This document shows, piece after piece, positions 31,551-41,060 of a DNA stretch of 64,000 bases. Where the stretch lies: assembly GCA_963831605.1 (NCBI GenBank), contig CAWHQR010000010.1:1073-65072 (forward strand), read 5' to 3'. A model generated the notes under the pieces. It searched no databases, was not told the DNA's origin, and saw nothing but the letters and a program-made list of their open reading frames with translations. This DNA is from an uncultured Solirubrobacterales bacterium (GTDB taxonomy: Bacteria; Actinomycetota; Thermoleophilia; Solirubrobacterales; 70-9). A program made the position numbers and the translations under genes. Each line of letters starts with the position of its first letter. The first letter of the stretch is position 1.

Positions 31551-32607
31551 GTGTTGGCGAGCTTCCAGCTGCTGCCCGAGCAGTCGACCGACGAACTCCT
31601 GACGTCGATCCGGACCGCGGACGAGCTCGGCTACCACGCCTGCTACAGCGCGGACGAGATCTACCACAAGGACGCCTGGATGCTGTTCGCCGCGGCCGCG
31701 CGGGAGACGGAGCGGATCCGGCTCGGGCCCTGCGTCGCGCCGATCTTCATGCGCGAGCCGACCTACGTTGCCCAACTGGCCGCGACGCTCGACGAGCTGA
31801 GCGGCGGGCGGGCGGAGGTCATTTTCGGCATCGGCAACATCGCGATGCTCGAGCAGTACGGCGTGCAGTGGCGGGGAACCCGGCCGATCGCGCGGCTCCG
31901 CGAGGCGCACCAGGTCATGCGCACACTGCTCGACGAGGGCTCGATCGACTTCGAGGGCGACTTCTACGCCTACTCGGGCATCACCACCGCGGCACGGCCC
32001 GTCCAGGAGCACCTGCCGCTGAAGATCGGGGCGATGGGCGGACCCAAGTCGATGGAGCTCGCCGGCGAGATCACCGACGGGCTCTGCACCGCGTGCGCGT
32101 ACTCGCCGGAGGCGCTCACCTACGCAGTCGATTCCTTCGAGGCGGGCGCCCAGCGCGGCGGCAGGAGCCCGCGAGGGCCTCGATCTCTCCGACTCGCTGC
32201 TCGGCGCCATCGCCGCGGACCGCGACGCCGCGAAGCGGGCGGGGAGGGTCCTCGCCGCCTTCTACATTCCCTCGATGCCGCCGGCGCTGCTGGACCGGCA
32301 CGGAATCAGCTTCGACGAGGTCGCGCCGGTCAATGAGGCCTTCGCCGCCGGCGACGTGAAGCGCGCCCTGGAGCTGACCCCGGACTCGATCGCCGATCGT
32401 CTGGTCGTCGCAGGCACCCCTGACGATTGGCTGGAGTGGCTGAAGGACGTCTATGCCGCGGCCGGGTTCGAGCACGCCGTCGTCTCGTTCACGGATCCGT
32501 TCACCCTTCGATCCTGGGCCGACATCGAGATCGAGGAGCTCCCGGGCCTGAACGAGCAGGTCCGCCTCTTCGGCGAAGAGGTACTGCCGGCGCTCGGCGG
32601 GCGTTAG
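31551..32607 (+). pseudogene. Luciferase-like (LLM class, probably F420-dependent) oxidoreductase with a +1 frame break near 32155-32168
   Basis: ORF 31551..32336 carries the LLM N-terminus (AYSADEIYHKDAWMLFAAAA...). The C-terminus continues in the +1 frame (AREGLDLSDSLLGAIAADRDAAKRAGRVLAAFYIPSMPPALLDRHGI... = ORF 32275..32607 and its upstream extension). Confidence 0.7.
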
Positions 32608-32922
32608 TTAGGCCGGCTGGCGCAGCAGGCCCGAAACAGCCTCGGCGAGCCGCTTCCCCGTCACTGTCAGCCGGTACTCGGCGTGCGGCGGGCGTCCGGG
32701 GACCAGCTGCCGCTCCACGATCCCGGCCGCCTCGAGCTGGTCGAGACGGTCCGAGAGCGTCGTCGGGGAGATGCCCGGCAGCGACTGGCGGAACTCGTTG
32801 AAGCGCACGGCGCCGCTGGAGCAGGCGTAGATCGTGCCCAGCGTCCAACGGCGCTCCAGCAGGGCCGCCACGGAGCGAACCTCGCGCGGGACGGGCGCGC
32901 AGCTACGACACCTGGGCGACAT
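32608..32922 (-). CDS. HxlR-type winged-helix transcriptional regulator
   Basis: CPVPREVRSVAALLERRWTLGTIYACSSGAVRFNEFRQSLPGISPTTLSDRLDQLEAAGIVER. Confidence 0.8.
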   Translation of the reverse strand: MSPRCRSCAPVPREVRSVAALLERRWTLGTIYACSSGAVRFNEFRQSLPGISPTTLSDRLDQLEAAGIVERQLVPGRPPHAEYRLTVTGKRLAEAVSGLLRQPA

Positions 32923-35194
32923 CAGCTCCGCGCTCGGCCGGCTCGAGGGCGTGGTCGAGGACCTCACCGATGCTCATCACCGGGTGGAAGGTCATCTGCT
33001 CGCGCACCTCCTCGGGGACCTCGTCGAGGTCGCCGCGGTTGCGCTCGGGCAGGATCACCTCGGTGAGCCCCGCCGCGTGAGCGGCGAGCACCTTCTGCTT
33101 GAGCCCGCCGATCGGCAGGACCCGTCCCTGCAGGGTGACCTCGCCCGTCATCCCGACGGTGTGCTTGACCGGGCGTCCGCTGAGCAGCGACGCCAGTGCG
33201 GTCGTCATCGCCGTGCCGGCGCTTGGGCCGTCCTTCGGGATCGCCCCGGCAGGGACGTGGACGTGAAACTCGCGCTTGAAATCGTCGCTGTCGATGCCGA
33301 GCTCATCGGCGTGTGAGCTGACGTAGGACAGCGCGATCCGCGCCGACTCCTTCATCACGTCGCCCAGCTGGCCGGTGAGCACCAGGCCCTTGTCGCCCTC
33401 CATGGCGGTCGCCTCGATGAAGAGGACGTCGCCGCCCGTGCCGGTGACCGCCAGTCCGGTGGCCACGCCCGGGATCGCCGTGCGCTCCACGGACTCCTGG
33501 AAGAACTTCTGGCGGCCGAGGGCGTCGACCACCTCGTCGCTTTCGATCGAGATCGGCGCCTCCGCCTCGCCCGAGGCGATCCGTGTCGCCTCGCGGCGCA
33601 GCAGCTTGCCGAGCTCGCGCTCGAGCTGGCGCACGCCCGCCTCGCGGGTGTACTCGGTGATCACCTTGCGCAGGATCGCGTCGGAGGCCTCGACCTCTTC
33701 GTCGCGAAGGCCGTTGCGCTTCACCTGGCGGGGCCACAGGTAGCCGCGCGCGATCGCGAGCTTCTCCTCGGTCGTGTAGCCATCGAAGCGGATGACCTCC
33801 ATCCGGTCCAGCAGCGGCGCCGGGATCGTGTCGACCATGTTCGCGGTCGCCAGGAAGACGACCTCGGAGAGGTCGACCTCGACGTCGAGGTAGTGATCGC
33901 GGAAGGAATGGTTCTGCGCCGGATCGAGGACCTCGAGCAGCGCAGCGGAGGGATCTCCGCGCCAGTCCGCGCCGACCTTGTCGACCTCGTCCAGCAGGAT
34001 CACCGGGTTCATCGTCTTGGCGTCGCGCAGGGCGCGAACGATCCGGCCCGGCAGCGCGCCGATGTAGGTGCGCCGGTGGCCGCGAATCTCCGCCTCATCG
34101 TGGATCCCGCCCAGGGAAAGACGAACGAACTCACGTCCAAGGGAGCGGGCGACGGACTCGCCGATCGAGGTCTTGCCGGTGCCGGGAGGACCGACCAGGG
34201 TGAGGATCGCGCCGTTGGCGCGCGAGTCGTCCTCCACCCCGCGCTCCTCACGCAGCTTGCGAACCGAGATGAACTCGGTGATGCGCCGCTTCACGTCGTC
34301 CAGGCCGGCATGGTCCTCGTCCAGGACCTCACGGGTGTGCTTGGGGTCGAGCTTCTCCTCTGAGCGCTTCGACCACGGCACGGCCAGCAGCCAGTCCAGG
34401 TAGCTGCGGATCATCGACGACTCCGGCGACTGCTCGCCCTGGCGCTCGAGCCGGCGCAGCTCACGCTCGGCCTGCTCGGCGACCTCCTCGGGCATCTCGG
34501 CATCGGCGATCTTCTTCTCGTAGTCACTGATCAGGTCGCCCTCGTCCTCGCCGAGCTCCTTGCGAATCGACTCCATCTGCTTGCGAAGGAAATACTCGCG
34601 CTGCTGCTTCTGGGCGCCCGAGTCGACGTCGTCGCGGATCTTGACGCGGACCTGAAGCTCGGCCAGGCGCTCACGCTGCATCTCGACGGCCGCCTCGAGG
34701 CGGGCCTTCACGTCGAGGGTCTCCAGCAGCTTCAGCTTCTGCTCACGCGAGAGGTCGGGGCTGAAGTTGGCGGTGTCGGCCAATGCGCCCGGCTCCTCGA
34801 CAGATCGCAGGAACGCCCCGATGCGCTCGTCTGCTCCTCGCAACTCGAGGATCTCGTCGACGACGGCGCGGTACTCGCGGACCAGCTCGGCGCTGCGCTC
34901 GTCCTCCGGGTTGCCGTCGTGGATCTCCTGTACGTCGACGCGCAGCTGGTCGCCGTCGCCCGACTGAGCGGCGCCGGCCAGGCCGCGATGCAAACCGACC
35001 ACCGTCGCCGCCCATCCACCGTTCGGCAGCTGAGCGCGCTCGATCACCTCGGCGACCACACCGATACGGCCGAAGTCGCCGTCTCGCCGCGGCAGCAGGA
35101 ACACGCGATCCTCATCGCCGGTGTCGATCGGCAGCGTTGCCGTGACGCCGGGGAAAACGATTGCTTCATCAAGTGGAATCAGAAGAAAGGTCAT
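32903..35194 (-). CDS. lon: ATP-dependent Lon protease
   Basis: LON N-domain, Walker A GPPGTGKTS, catalytic PKDGPSAGTAMTTAL. Start set at MTFLLIPLDEAIVFPG. Confidence 0.95.
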   Translation of the reverse strand: MTFLLIPLDEAIVFPGVTATLPIDTGDEDRVFLLPRRDGDFGRIGVVAEVIERAQLPNGGWAATVVGLHRGLAGAAQSGDGDQLRVDVQEIHDGNPEDERSAELVREYRAVVDEILELRGADERIGAFLRSVEEPGALADTANFSPDLSREQKLKLLETLDVKARLEAAVEMQRERLAELQVRVKIRDDVDSGAQKQQREYFLRKQMESIRKELGEDEGDLISDYEKKIADAEMPEEVAEQAERELRRLERQGEQSPESSMIRSYLDWLLAVPWSKRSEEKLDPKHTREVLDEDHAGLDDVKRRITEFISVRKLREERGVEDDSRANGAILTLVGPPGTGKTSIGESVARSLGREFVRLSLGGIHDEAEIRGHRRTYIGALPGRIVRALRDAKTMNPVILLDEVDKVGADWRGDPSAALLEVLDPAQNHSFRDHYLDVEVDLSEVVFLATANMVDTIPAPLLDRMEVIRFDGYTTEEKLAIARGYLWPRQVKRNGLRDEEVEASDAILRKVITEYTREAGVRQLERELGKLLRREATRIASGEAEAPISIESDEVVDALGRQKFFQESVERTAIPGVATGLAVTGTGGDVLFIEATAMEGDKGLVLTGQLGDVMKESARIALSYVSSHADELGIDSDDFKREFHVHVPAGAIPKDGPSAGTAMTTALASLLSGRPVKHTVGMTGEVTLQGRVLPIGGLKQKVLAAHAAGLTEVILPERNRGDLDEVPEEVREQMTFHPVMSIGEVLDHALEPAERGADVAQVS

Positions 35195-35249
35195 GGGCAC
35201 GATCCAGTTTCTGTAGTTAGTCCAGACAGGATAGCGCGTTGCTGAACGG

Positions 35250-37178
35250 CTATCCCACCGGCTCGGGTGCGTCGGCACGCGCCGTCGCCTGCTGCGCCCG
35301 GGCGCGCCCCCTGGCGTCTCTGACCAGGCGGCTCAGGGTCTCCACGTCGTATGCGCCCCGATGACGGCGGCCGTTGATGAAGAACCCAGGCGTGCCCGCG
35401 ACGTCGCTCGCATCTGCGCTCGACACGTCCTCCGCGACGCGTGGCGCGTACACGCGCCGCCGCATCTCGTCGCGGAATCGCTCGACGTCCAGGCCGAGCT
35501 CCTCGGCATGGCGCTCGGGATCGGGCGCCCCGAGCTGATCCTGGTGGTGGATCAACTTGTCGTGCATCTCCCAGAAGGCGCCCTGTGCAGCGGCCGCCTC
35601 GGATGCCTCGGCCGCGTTCTGCGCATTGGGATGGACATCGTTGAGCGGCAGGTGGCGCCAGACGTAGCGGAGGTCGTCGCCGAAGTCGTCGAGCAGCTCA
35701 CGAATCACGGGCTCGGCACGCCCGCAGTACGGGCACTCGTAGTCGCCGTACTCGACCAGCGTCACGGGCGCGTCGTCGGAGCCGCGGATGTGGTCGCGCT
35801 CCGGGTCCACATCCTCGGAGAGGTCGAGCAGGTCGTCGTAGGTGCCGGCGATCTGGCGCGCTCTCACCTCGGCGGGCAGCCGGCGGGTCGCTTGGAAGAC
35901 CATCCAGGCCAGGAGCGGCGCCACCAGCGCCGCCGCGAGAACACCGATCTTCGCCTCGTCGAGCTGCTGGCCGCCCAGTGCGAGGCTCGCGATCAGGATG
36001 GAGACCGTGAAGCCCATGCCTCCGACGGTCGCGCCACCCAGGGTCACCGGCCAACTCAAGCCCCTCCGCAGACCCAGCGTCCACGACCTCGACACCAGCC
36101 AAGCGGTGCCGGCGATGCCGACTGGCTTCCCGACGACGTAGCCGAAGAAGATGCCCAGGGTGATCGGGGAGCTGATGGCGTCGCCGAGCAGCTGGCTGTC
36201 GAAGTGAACCCCGGCGTTCGCCAAGGCGAAGACGGGCACGATCACGTAGCTGGTCCAAGGGTGCAGCATGTACTGGAGCCGCTCGTTGGCCGAGATCGCG
36301 GACGCCACGCTGCGCTGGGCGGACCGGGCGAGCTCCGGCGTCGGCTGTTCGCGGAAGGAGCGCGCCTGCTCGGTGACCCGCTCGAGATCGCCGCGCTCCG
36401 GCGGGTATGCGCTCGTTACGAGGCCCACCGCGAGGCCCGCGACCACCGGATCGATCCCCGACTCGAAGAGCGCCACCCAGAGCGCGATTCCGGCGACGAT
36501 GGCCGCCTCGTTCCGCCAGATGCCGTGCGCATAGCGAAGTCCCAGGAGGACACCGAAGAAGGCCACGGCCAGGGCCAGGGGCACCAGGTCGACGTGATCC
36601 GTGTAGACGGTCGCGATGATGACCAGCGCCACCAGGTCGTCGACCACCGCGATCGTGAGGACGCGAAGCCGTAGCCGGGTCCCCCGCGGTGCCAGGAGCC
36701 CCAGGACACCGAGCGCCAGGGCGGTGTCGGTCGACATCGCCGCGCCCCATGCGTGCGCGCCAGAGCCTCCGGCGTTGAAGGCAGTGAAGATCAGGATCGG
36801 CACCGCCATCCCGCCCAGGGAGGCGAAGACCGGGATCGCCAGGCGCTGGCGCTCGCGGAGCTCCCCGGTGTCGAGCTCGCGCTTCGCCTCCAGCCCGACG
36901 ACCAGGAAGAAGAAGGTCATCAGACCGCTGTTGACCCACTCGCGGAGGTCCATCGAGATCCCACCGCTCCCGATCGTGATTGCGAGCTTCGTCGTCCAGA
37001 ACGACTCGTAGGAATCCGACCACGGCGAGTTCGCCCACACCAGCGCCACCGCCACGGCGGCGATCAGGACAACGGCGCCGCCCGACTCGGCGCTCAGGAA
37101 GTCCCTGACGGGTGACGCCAGGTTCCGCGCCCAGGCGGTCTTGCCCGTGTAGGCGGCAGTCGCCGGCTGCGCGCTCAT
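35250..37178 (-). CDS. nhaA: Na+/H+ antiporter NhaA fused to a C-terminal DsbA-like thioredoxin domain
   Basis: ~430-aa NhaA TM core (WANSPW.., FFFLVVGLEAKRE..), then VTLVEYGDYECPYCGRAEPV (CPYC). Confidence 0.9.
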   Translation of the reverse strand: MSAQPATAAYTGKTAWARNLASPVRDFLSAESGGAVVLIAAVAVALVWANSPWSDSYESFWTTKLAITIGSGGISMDLREWVNSGLMTFFFLVVGLEAKRELDTGELRERQRLAIPVFASLGGMAVPILIFTAFNAGGSGAHAWGAAMSTDTALALGVLGLLAPRGTRLRLRVLTIAVVDDLVALVIIATVYTDHVDLVPLALAVAFFGVLLGLRYAHGIWRNEAAIVAGIALWVALFESGIDPVVAGLAVGLVTSAYPPERGDLERVTEQARSFREQPTPELARSAQRSVASAISANERLQYMLHPWTSYVIVPVFALANAGVHFDSQLLGDAISSPITLGIFFGYVVGKPVGIAGTAWLVSRSWTLGLRRGLSWPVTLGGATVGGMGFTVSILIASLALGGQQLDEAKIGVLAAALVAPLLAWMVFQATRRLPAEVRARQIAGTYDDLLDLSEDVDPERDHIRGSDDAPVTLVEYGDYECPYCGRAEPVIRELLDDFGDDLRYVWRHLPLNDVHPNAQNAAEASEAAAAQGAFWEMHDKLIHHQDQLGAPDPERHAEELGLDVERFRDEMRRRVYAPRVAEDVSSADASDVAGTPGFFINGRRHRGAYDVETLSRLVRDARGRARAQQATARADAPEPVG

Positions 37179-37208
37179 TCGTTCAGCCTACGCGGGGAGC
37201 TCCGGTTG

Positions 37209-38585
37209 CTATGCCGGAGCCAGCTTCGCGCGGTCGAGCAGCCGATCGATGTCGCTCTCGATGCCCGCGGTCAGCACGTCGACATCGGAGGCGTGGTCGC
37301 GGTCTCCCGTGACGCCGAAGTAGAGCTCGCCGTCGTAGGAGAAGATCGCGACGACGATCCGGATCGTGCCCACGATCGGGACGAAGGGGTACGAGGCGAC
37401 GAGCTTGCGGCCCAGCGTGTGCAACGCGACCTGAGGGCCAGGGACGTTCGTCGTCGCGGTATCCATGTTGAGGCCCGCGGAGCGGGTCGCGACCCGGCTC
37501 CCCAGCGCGAGCAGCATCGGAGGCGCAAATCCGGAGAGCTGCGCCAGGGCATCGCCGGCGACGGCCTGTCCCGACGACTTGATGTCGTCCATCTGCTCGC
37601 GGATGGCACCGAGGCGCTCGGCCGGATCGTCGAGGCCGACGGGCAGGCGGGCGAACACCGCCGAGACGCGGTTGTTGTACTCGCCCCTCTCGCCCGGCGC
37701 GCGAACCGAGACGGGGACCATCGTGCGCACCACCCTGTCGGTGGTGATCTGCTCGCCCCGATGTTCGAGCAGCACCCGGTATCCGTTGGTGATCAGGGTG
37801 AGCACCACGTCGTTCACCGTGCCGCCCAGGGCCGACCGCGCTTCCTTCACGTCGCCGAGCGAGACCTTCGCCCAGCTCCAGACGCGGTGCGGCCCGATGG
37901 GACCTGTCAGGGACGAGCTGGAGGGACGCACGGCCGGGGCCGCGGACAGCAGGGCCCTGGCCGCGCCGGCGGCCGCGCGCAGCACCTCGGTCGGGGCGTG
38001 CAGGGCGAAGCGGACCTGTGCGGCCGGATCGCGGACGCGGTGCCGGGCGCTGTAGGCGATCAGCTCGACGCCGGAGGGCTCGGGATCCGCATGCCAGACC
38101 TCGCCATTGGTCGTCTGCTCAGGCGTCTCGCCGAACATCAGGGACATCATGTCCGTGGCGGCGACGCCATCGACCATGCAGTGGTGGACCTTCGAGAGGA
38201 GGGCCCAGCGATCGCCCTCGATGCCCTCGACCATCCAGATCTCCCAAAGCGGCTTGGAACGATCGAGGTGCTGTGAGAAGACCCGGGCCGCGGTGGCGCG
38301 GATCTGCTCCTCCGTCCCAGGCGCCGGCACCGCGCTGTGGCGCAGGTGGTAGTTGATGTTGAAGTGCGGATCGTCGACCCAAACGGGCTCGCCCATCCCC
38401 AGGGGAACGAAGCGAACCTTCTGGCGGTAGCGAGGGGTCAGGCTCAGCTTCCCGGCCACCATCGAGCGCAGCTCGTCGAACGGGGGCGGCGGGCCCTCGA
38501 AGAGGCTGACGCCGCCGATGTGCATGGGAGTCACGTCGTTCTCGACGTGCAGGAACATCGCGTCCTGCACGCTCATTGCCTGCAT
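37209..38585 (-). CDS. Wax ester synthase / diacylglycerol acyltransferase (WS/DGAT)
   Basis: HHCMVDGVA active-site motif. Start at MQAMSVQDAMFLH with GAGGAG upstream. Confidence 0.9.
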   Translation of the reverse strand: MQAMSVQDAMFLHVENDVTPMHIGGVSLFEGPPPPFDELRSMVAGKLSLTPRYRQKVRFVPLGMGEPVWVDDPHFNINYHLRHSAVPAPGTEEQIRATAARVFSQHLDRSKPLWEIWMVEGIEGDRWALLSKVHHCMVDGVAATDMMSLMFGETPEQTTNGEVWHADPEPSGVELIAYSARHRVRDPAAQVRFALHAPTEVLRAAAGAARALLSAAPAVRPSSSSLTGPIGPHRVWSWAKVSLGDVKEARSALGGTVNDVVLTLITNGYRVLLEHRGEQITTDRVVRTMVPVSVRAPGERGEYNNRVSAVFARLPVGLDDPAERLGAIREQMDDIKSSGQAVAGDALAQLSGFAPPMLLALGSRVATRSAGLNMDTATTNVPGPQVALHTLGRKLVASYPFVPIVGTIRIVVAIFSYDGELYFGVTGDRDHASDVDVLTAGIESDIDRLLDRAKLAPA

Positions 38586-39304
38586 GCGATCTCCTCTGTT
38601 TGCCTCAGGACCGACCCCAGCTCCCCGTAGACCTCCGGGTTGACGGCCATCCCGCAGTGGCTGCCGTCGACCTCGACGCATCTCGCGTACGGGTCGAGGC
38701 AGGCACGCCAGTCCACGATCCCGTCGCTCCTCGAATACACGGCCAGCGTCGGCATGTCCGGGTCCAGGTGCGCCTCGAGCAGTGCATGAAAGTCCGTGCA
38801 GCACTCGCCATCCCGGCACTCGCTCGAGAACATCCCCGGCATGCCACGGTCCCCGATCCAGGCGAGCGACCGAACGGTGCGCAGAACGGAGTCGGATACC
38901 GCCAGCGGGTCCAGGACCGGCGAGCCGAGGGTGATGAGGCCCGCAACGGATTCCGGGTGGCCGGCGGCCAGCGCGCGCGCCATGGTCCCGCCGCGGCTCT
39001 GCCCGATGACGACGGCCGGACGATCGAATTCGGCGAGCTTCTCCTCGAGGCGCGAGAGCTCGCGGCCGGCGCAGCCGATGTTGATCAGCATGCCGCTGGC
39101 GCGCACCTCGTGGCCGCGGCGCCGCAGCCAGCCGACGAGAGCCGTCAGGGAGGCATCACCGGCCATGAAGCCCGGAATAACGAGGACCGGAGGCGGGTCC
39201 ACCGCCCGCTCCACCGAGAGGAACCGCCGATCCACGAGCAGGCGCGCCAACTCAAGCCAGTAACGGAGCTCCCCACGCACGGGCGCGACTTCCACTCCTG
39301 GCAC
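38573..39304 (-). CDS. Alpha/beta-hydrolase
   Basis: Nucleophile elbow GQSRGG. 13-nt overlap with the WS/DGAT start. Confidence 0.75.
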   Translation of the reverse strand: MPGVEVAPVRGELRYWLELARLLVDRRFLSVERAVDPPPVLVIPGFMAGDASLTALVGWLRRRGHEVRASGMLINIGCAGRELSRLEEKLAEFDRPAVVIGQSRGGTMARALAAGHPESVAGLITLGSPVLDPLAVSDSVLRTVRSLAWIGDRGMPGMFSSECRDGECCTDFHALLEAHLDPDMPTLAVYSRSDGIVDWRACLDPYARCVEVDGSHCGMAVNPEVYGELGSVLRQTEEIACRQ

Positions 39305-39310
39305 GGTATC

Positions 39311-39685
39311 TCAGCGCTCGGTCTTCGACTGCCAGAAGGCGACCTCGCCGGCGGTAGGCGTGGAAACCACGCTGCGCCAGCCCTCGGGACCCTCACGCGC
39401 GGTCAGCAGGACGTCGCCGCCGAGGGCCCGCGCGCGTTCGGTCGTGACCTTGATGTCGGAGACCTCCACGTAGGGAAGCCAGAGCGGGTGCTCCGCCGCC
39501 TCGGCGCATTCGACCAGGCCGCCCCCAAGCCCCTCCCCCATGCCGAGCGAGAGATAGGAGCCGTCTCCGGCGCGAATTCGCTCCGGCCGCCAGCCCAGCA
39601 CGCCCGTGTAGAAGGCGAGCGCGTCATCCAGATCGCCGGTATGCAGCTCGAGATGGACGACCGAGTTGGAGGCACGCTTATTCAT
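39311..39685 (-). CDS. VOC/glyoxalase-family protein
   Basis: VVHLELHTGDLDDALAFYTGVLGW. 124 aa from ATG 39685. Confidence 0.7.
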   Translation of the reverse strand: MNKRASNSVVHLELHTGDLDDALAFYTGVLGWRPERIRAGDGSYLSLGMGEGLGGGLVECAEAAEHPLWLPYVEVSDIKVTTERARALGGDVLLTAREGPEGWRSVVSTPTAGEVAFWQSKTER

Positions 39686-39776
39686 CGCCTGCCATTCAGA
39701 CCGACCACCGTCTCGAAATTCATCGGTTCCGGCGATGAGTTTCGGCGACCCCGTCGGTCTACTCTGCATACACGGG

Positions 39777-40892
39777 ATGAGCACGATGCCGACACAGTCG
39801 ACGGTGGAGCAGAGAGAGCTGCTGGCAACCGCCCGCAAGGGAGGCGAGGACGCTTACGCGCGGCTGGTGGAGCCGCACCGCTCCGAGTTGCAGGCGCACT
39901 GCTATCGCATGCTCGGCTCGATCCAGGACGCCGAGGACGCGCTCCAGGAGGCGCTGGTCCGCGCCTGGAAGAACCTCCACAAATTCGAGGGCCGCAGCTC
40001 ACTGCGCTCCTGGCTGTACCGAATCGCCACCAACACCTCACTTGACGCGATCGGGCGGCGGCCAAAGCGGATCCTCCCGGTCGACTACGGCCCGCCGGCC
40101 GACCCGCACGGCGGGGTCGGCGAGCCGCTCGTCGAGTCCGTCTGGATCGAGCCCTTCCCGGACGAGACCCTGGGAATCCAGGACGGCTACGCCTCGCCCG
40201 ACGCGCGCTACGAGCAGCGCGAGGCCGTCGAGCTCGCCTTCATCGCGGCCCTGCAGCTGCTGCCGGCCAACCAGCGCGCGGTCCTCATCCTCCGCGAGGT
40301 GCTCGGCTTCTCCGCGCAGGAGACCGCGGACACACTCGACACGAGCGTCGTCTCGGTGAACAGCGCGCTCCAGCGTGCCCGGGCGACGATCGAGAAGAGG
40401 CTGCCGGAACAGAGCCAGCAGGAGACCCTGAAGGCGCTCGGCGACGAGAAGCTGCGCGAGATCGTCGAGCAGTACGCGGACGCGTGGGAGCGCAACGACG
40501 TCGATGTCGTGGTCTCGCTGCTCGCCGAGGACGCCGCCTTCACGATGCCGCCGATGGCGCGCTGGTTCCGCGGCCACGACAGGATCCGAGCGTTCCTCGA
40601 GATGTGGTCGATGCTTCCGGAGTGGGGCTGGAAGTCGATCCCCACGACCGCGAACGGGCAGCCCGCCCTCGCGTTCTACAGCTGGGACGAGGAGAAGCAG
40701 GCACGGGTTCCCTTCGCCGTCAACGTGCTGACCTTCGAGGGCGATCAGATCAAGGAGGTCGACGCGTTCATCCTGCGCGGCTCGCAGGATCCGGACCCCG
40801 AGGTCCAGGCTCGGACCCCCGAACAGCCGGCCGACTACGAGAAGCTGGCCAGGGCCTACGACCGGTTCGGGCTCCCTGCTAGCTTGGATTAG
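39777..40892 (+). CDS. ECF-type sigma-70 factor with C-terminal SnoaL-like extension (SigG/TIGR02960-like); alternative start 39735
   Basis: LVEPHRSELQAHCYRMLGSIQDAEDALQEALVRAW (region 2), LREVLGFSAQETADTLDTSVVSVNSALQRAR (region 4), then ~170-aa NTF2-like tail. Confidence 0.85.
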   Translation: MSTMPTQSTVEQRELLATARKGGEDAYARLVEPHRSELQAHCYRMLGSIQDAEDALQEALVRAWKNLHKFEGRSSLRSWLYRIATNTSLDAIGRRPKRILPVDYGPPADPHGGVGEPLVESVWIEPFPDETLGIQDGYASPDARYEQREAVELAFIAALQLLPANQRAVLILREVLGFSAQETADTLDTSVVSVNSALQRARATIEKRLPEQSQQETLKALGDEKLREIVEQYADAWERNDVDVVVSLLAEDAAFTMPPMARWFRGHDRIRAFLEMWSMLPEWGWKSIPTTANGQPALAFYSWDEEKQARVPFAVNVLTFEGDQIKEVDAFILRGSQDPDPEVQARTPEQPADYEKLARAYDRFGLPASLD

Positions 40893-40897
40893 CGAGC

Positions 40898-40924
40898 TGT
40901 CACTGCTCGGTTGGCGACCTCGTC
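40898..40924 (+). promoter_or_regulatory. TGTCACt-N16-CGTC, resembling an ECF41-type target promoter
   Basis: Read directly between the sigma gene stop (40892) and MFS gene start (41061). Assignment is speculative. Confidence 0.25.
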
Positions 40925-41060
40925 TCTAGGGGCGAGGAACGTTTTTGATCGCGTCCTTGACTTCGATCGCGGTCGAACTTGTACAAAGAACCGATGAGTT
41001 TCCGGGGGTCGCCCGGTCTGTTTGGAAACGACCCCCCATTGGCAGAGGAGGCCATTCCGG

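Noticed and set aside
39701-39730. GGAACC on the minus strand 40 nt upstream of the VOC gene, as an ECF -35 element.
   Set aside because: No CGTC-type -10 sits at 16-17 nt spacing (only GGTC variants). Too weak to report.
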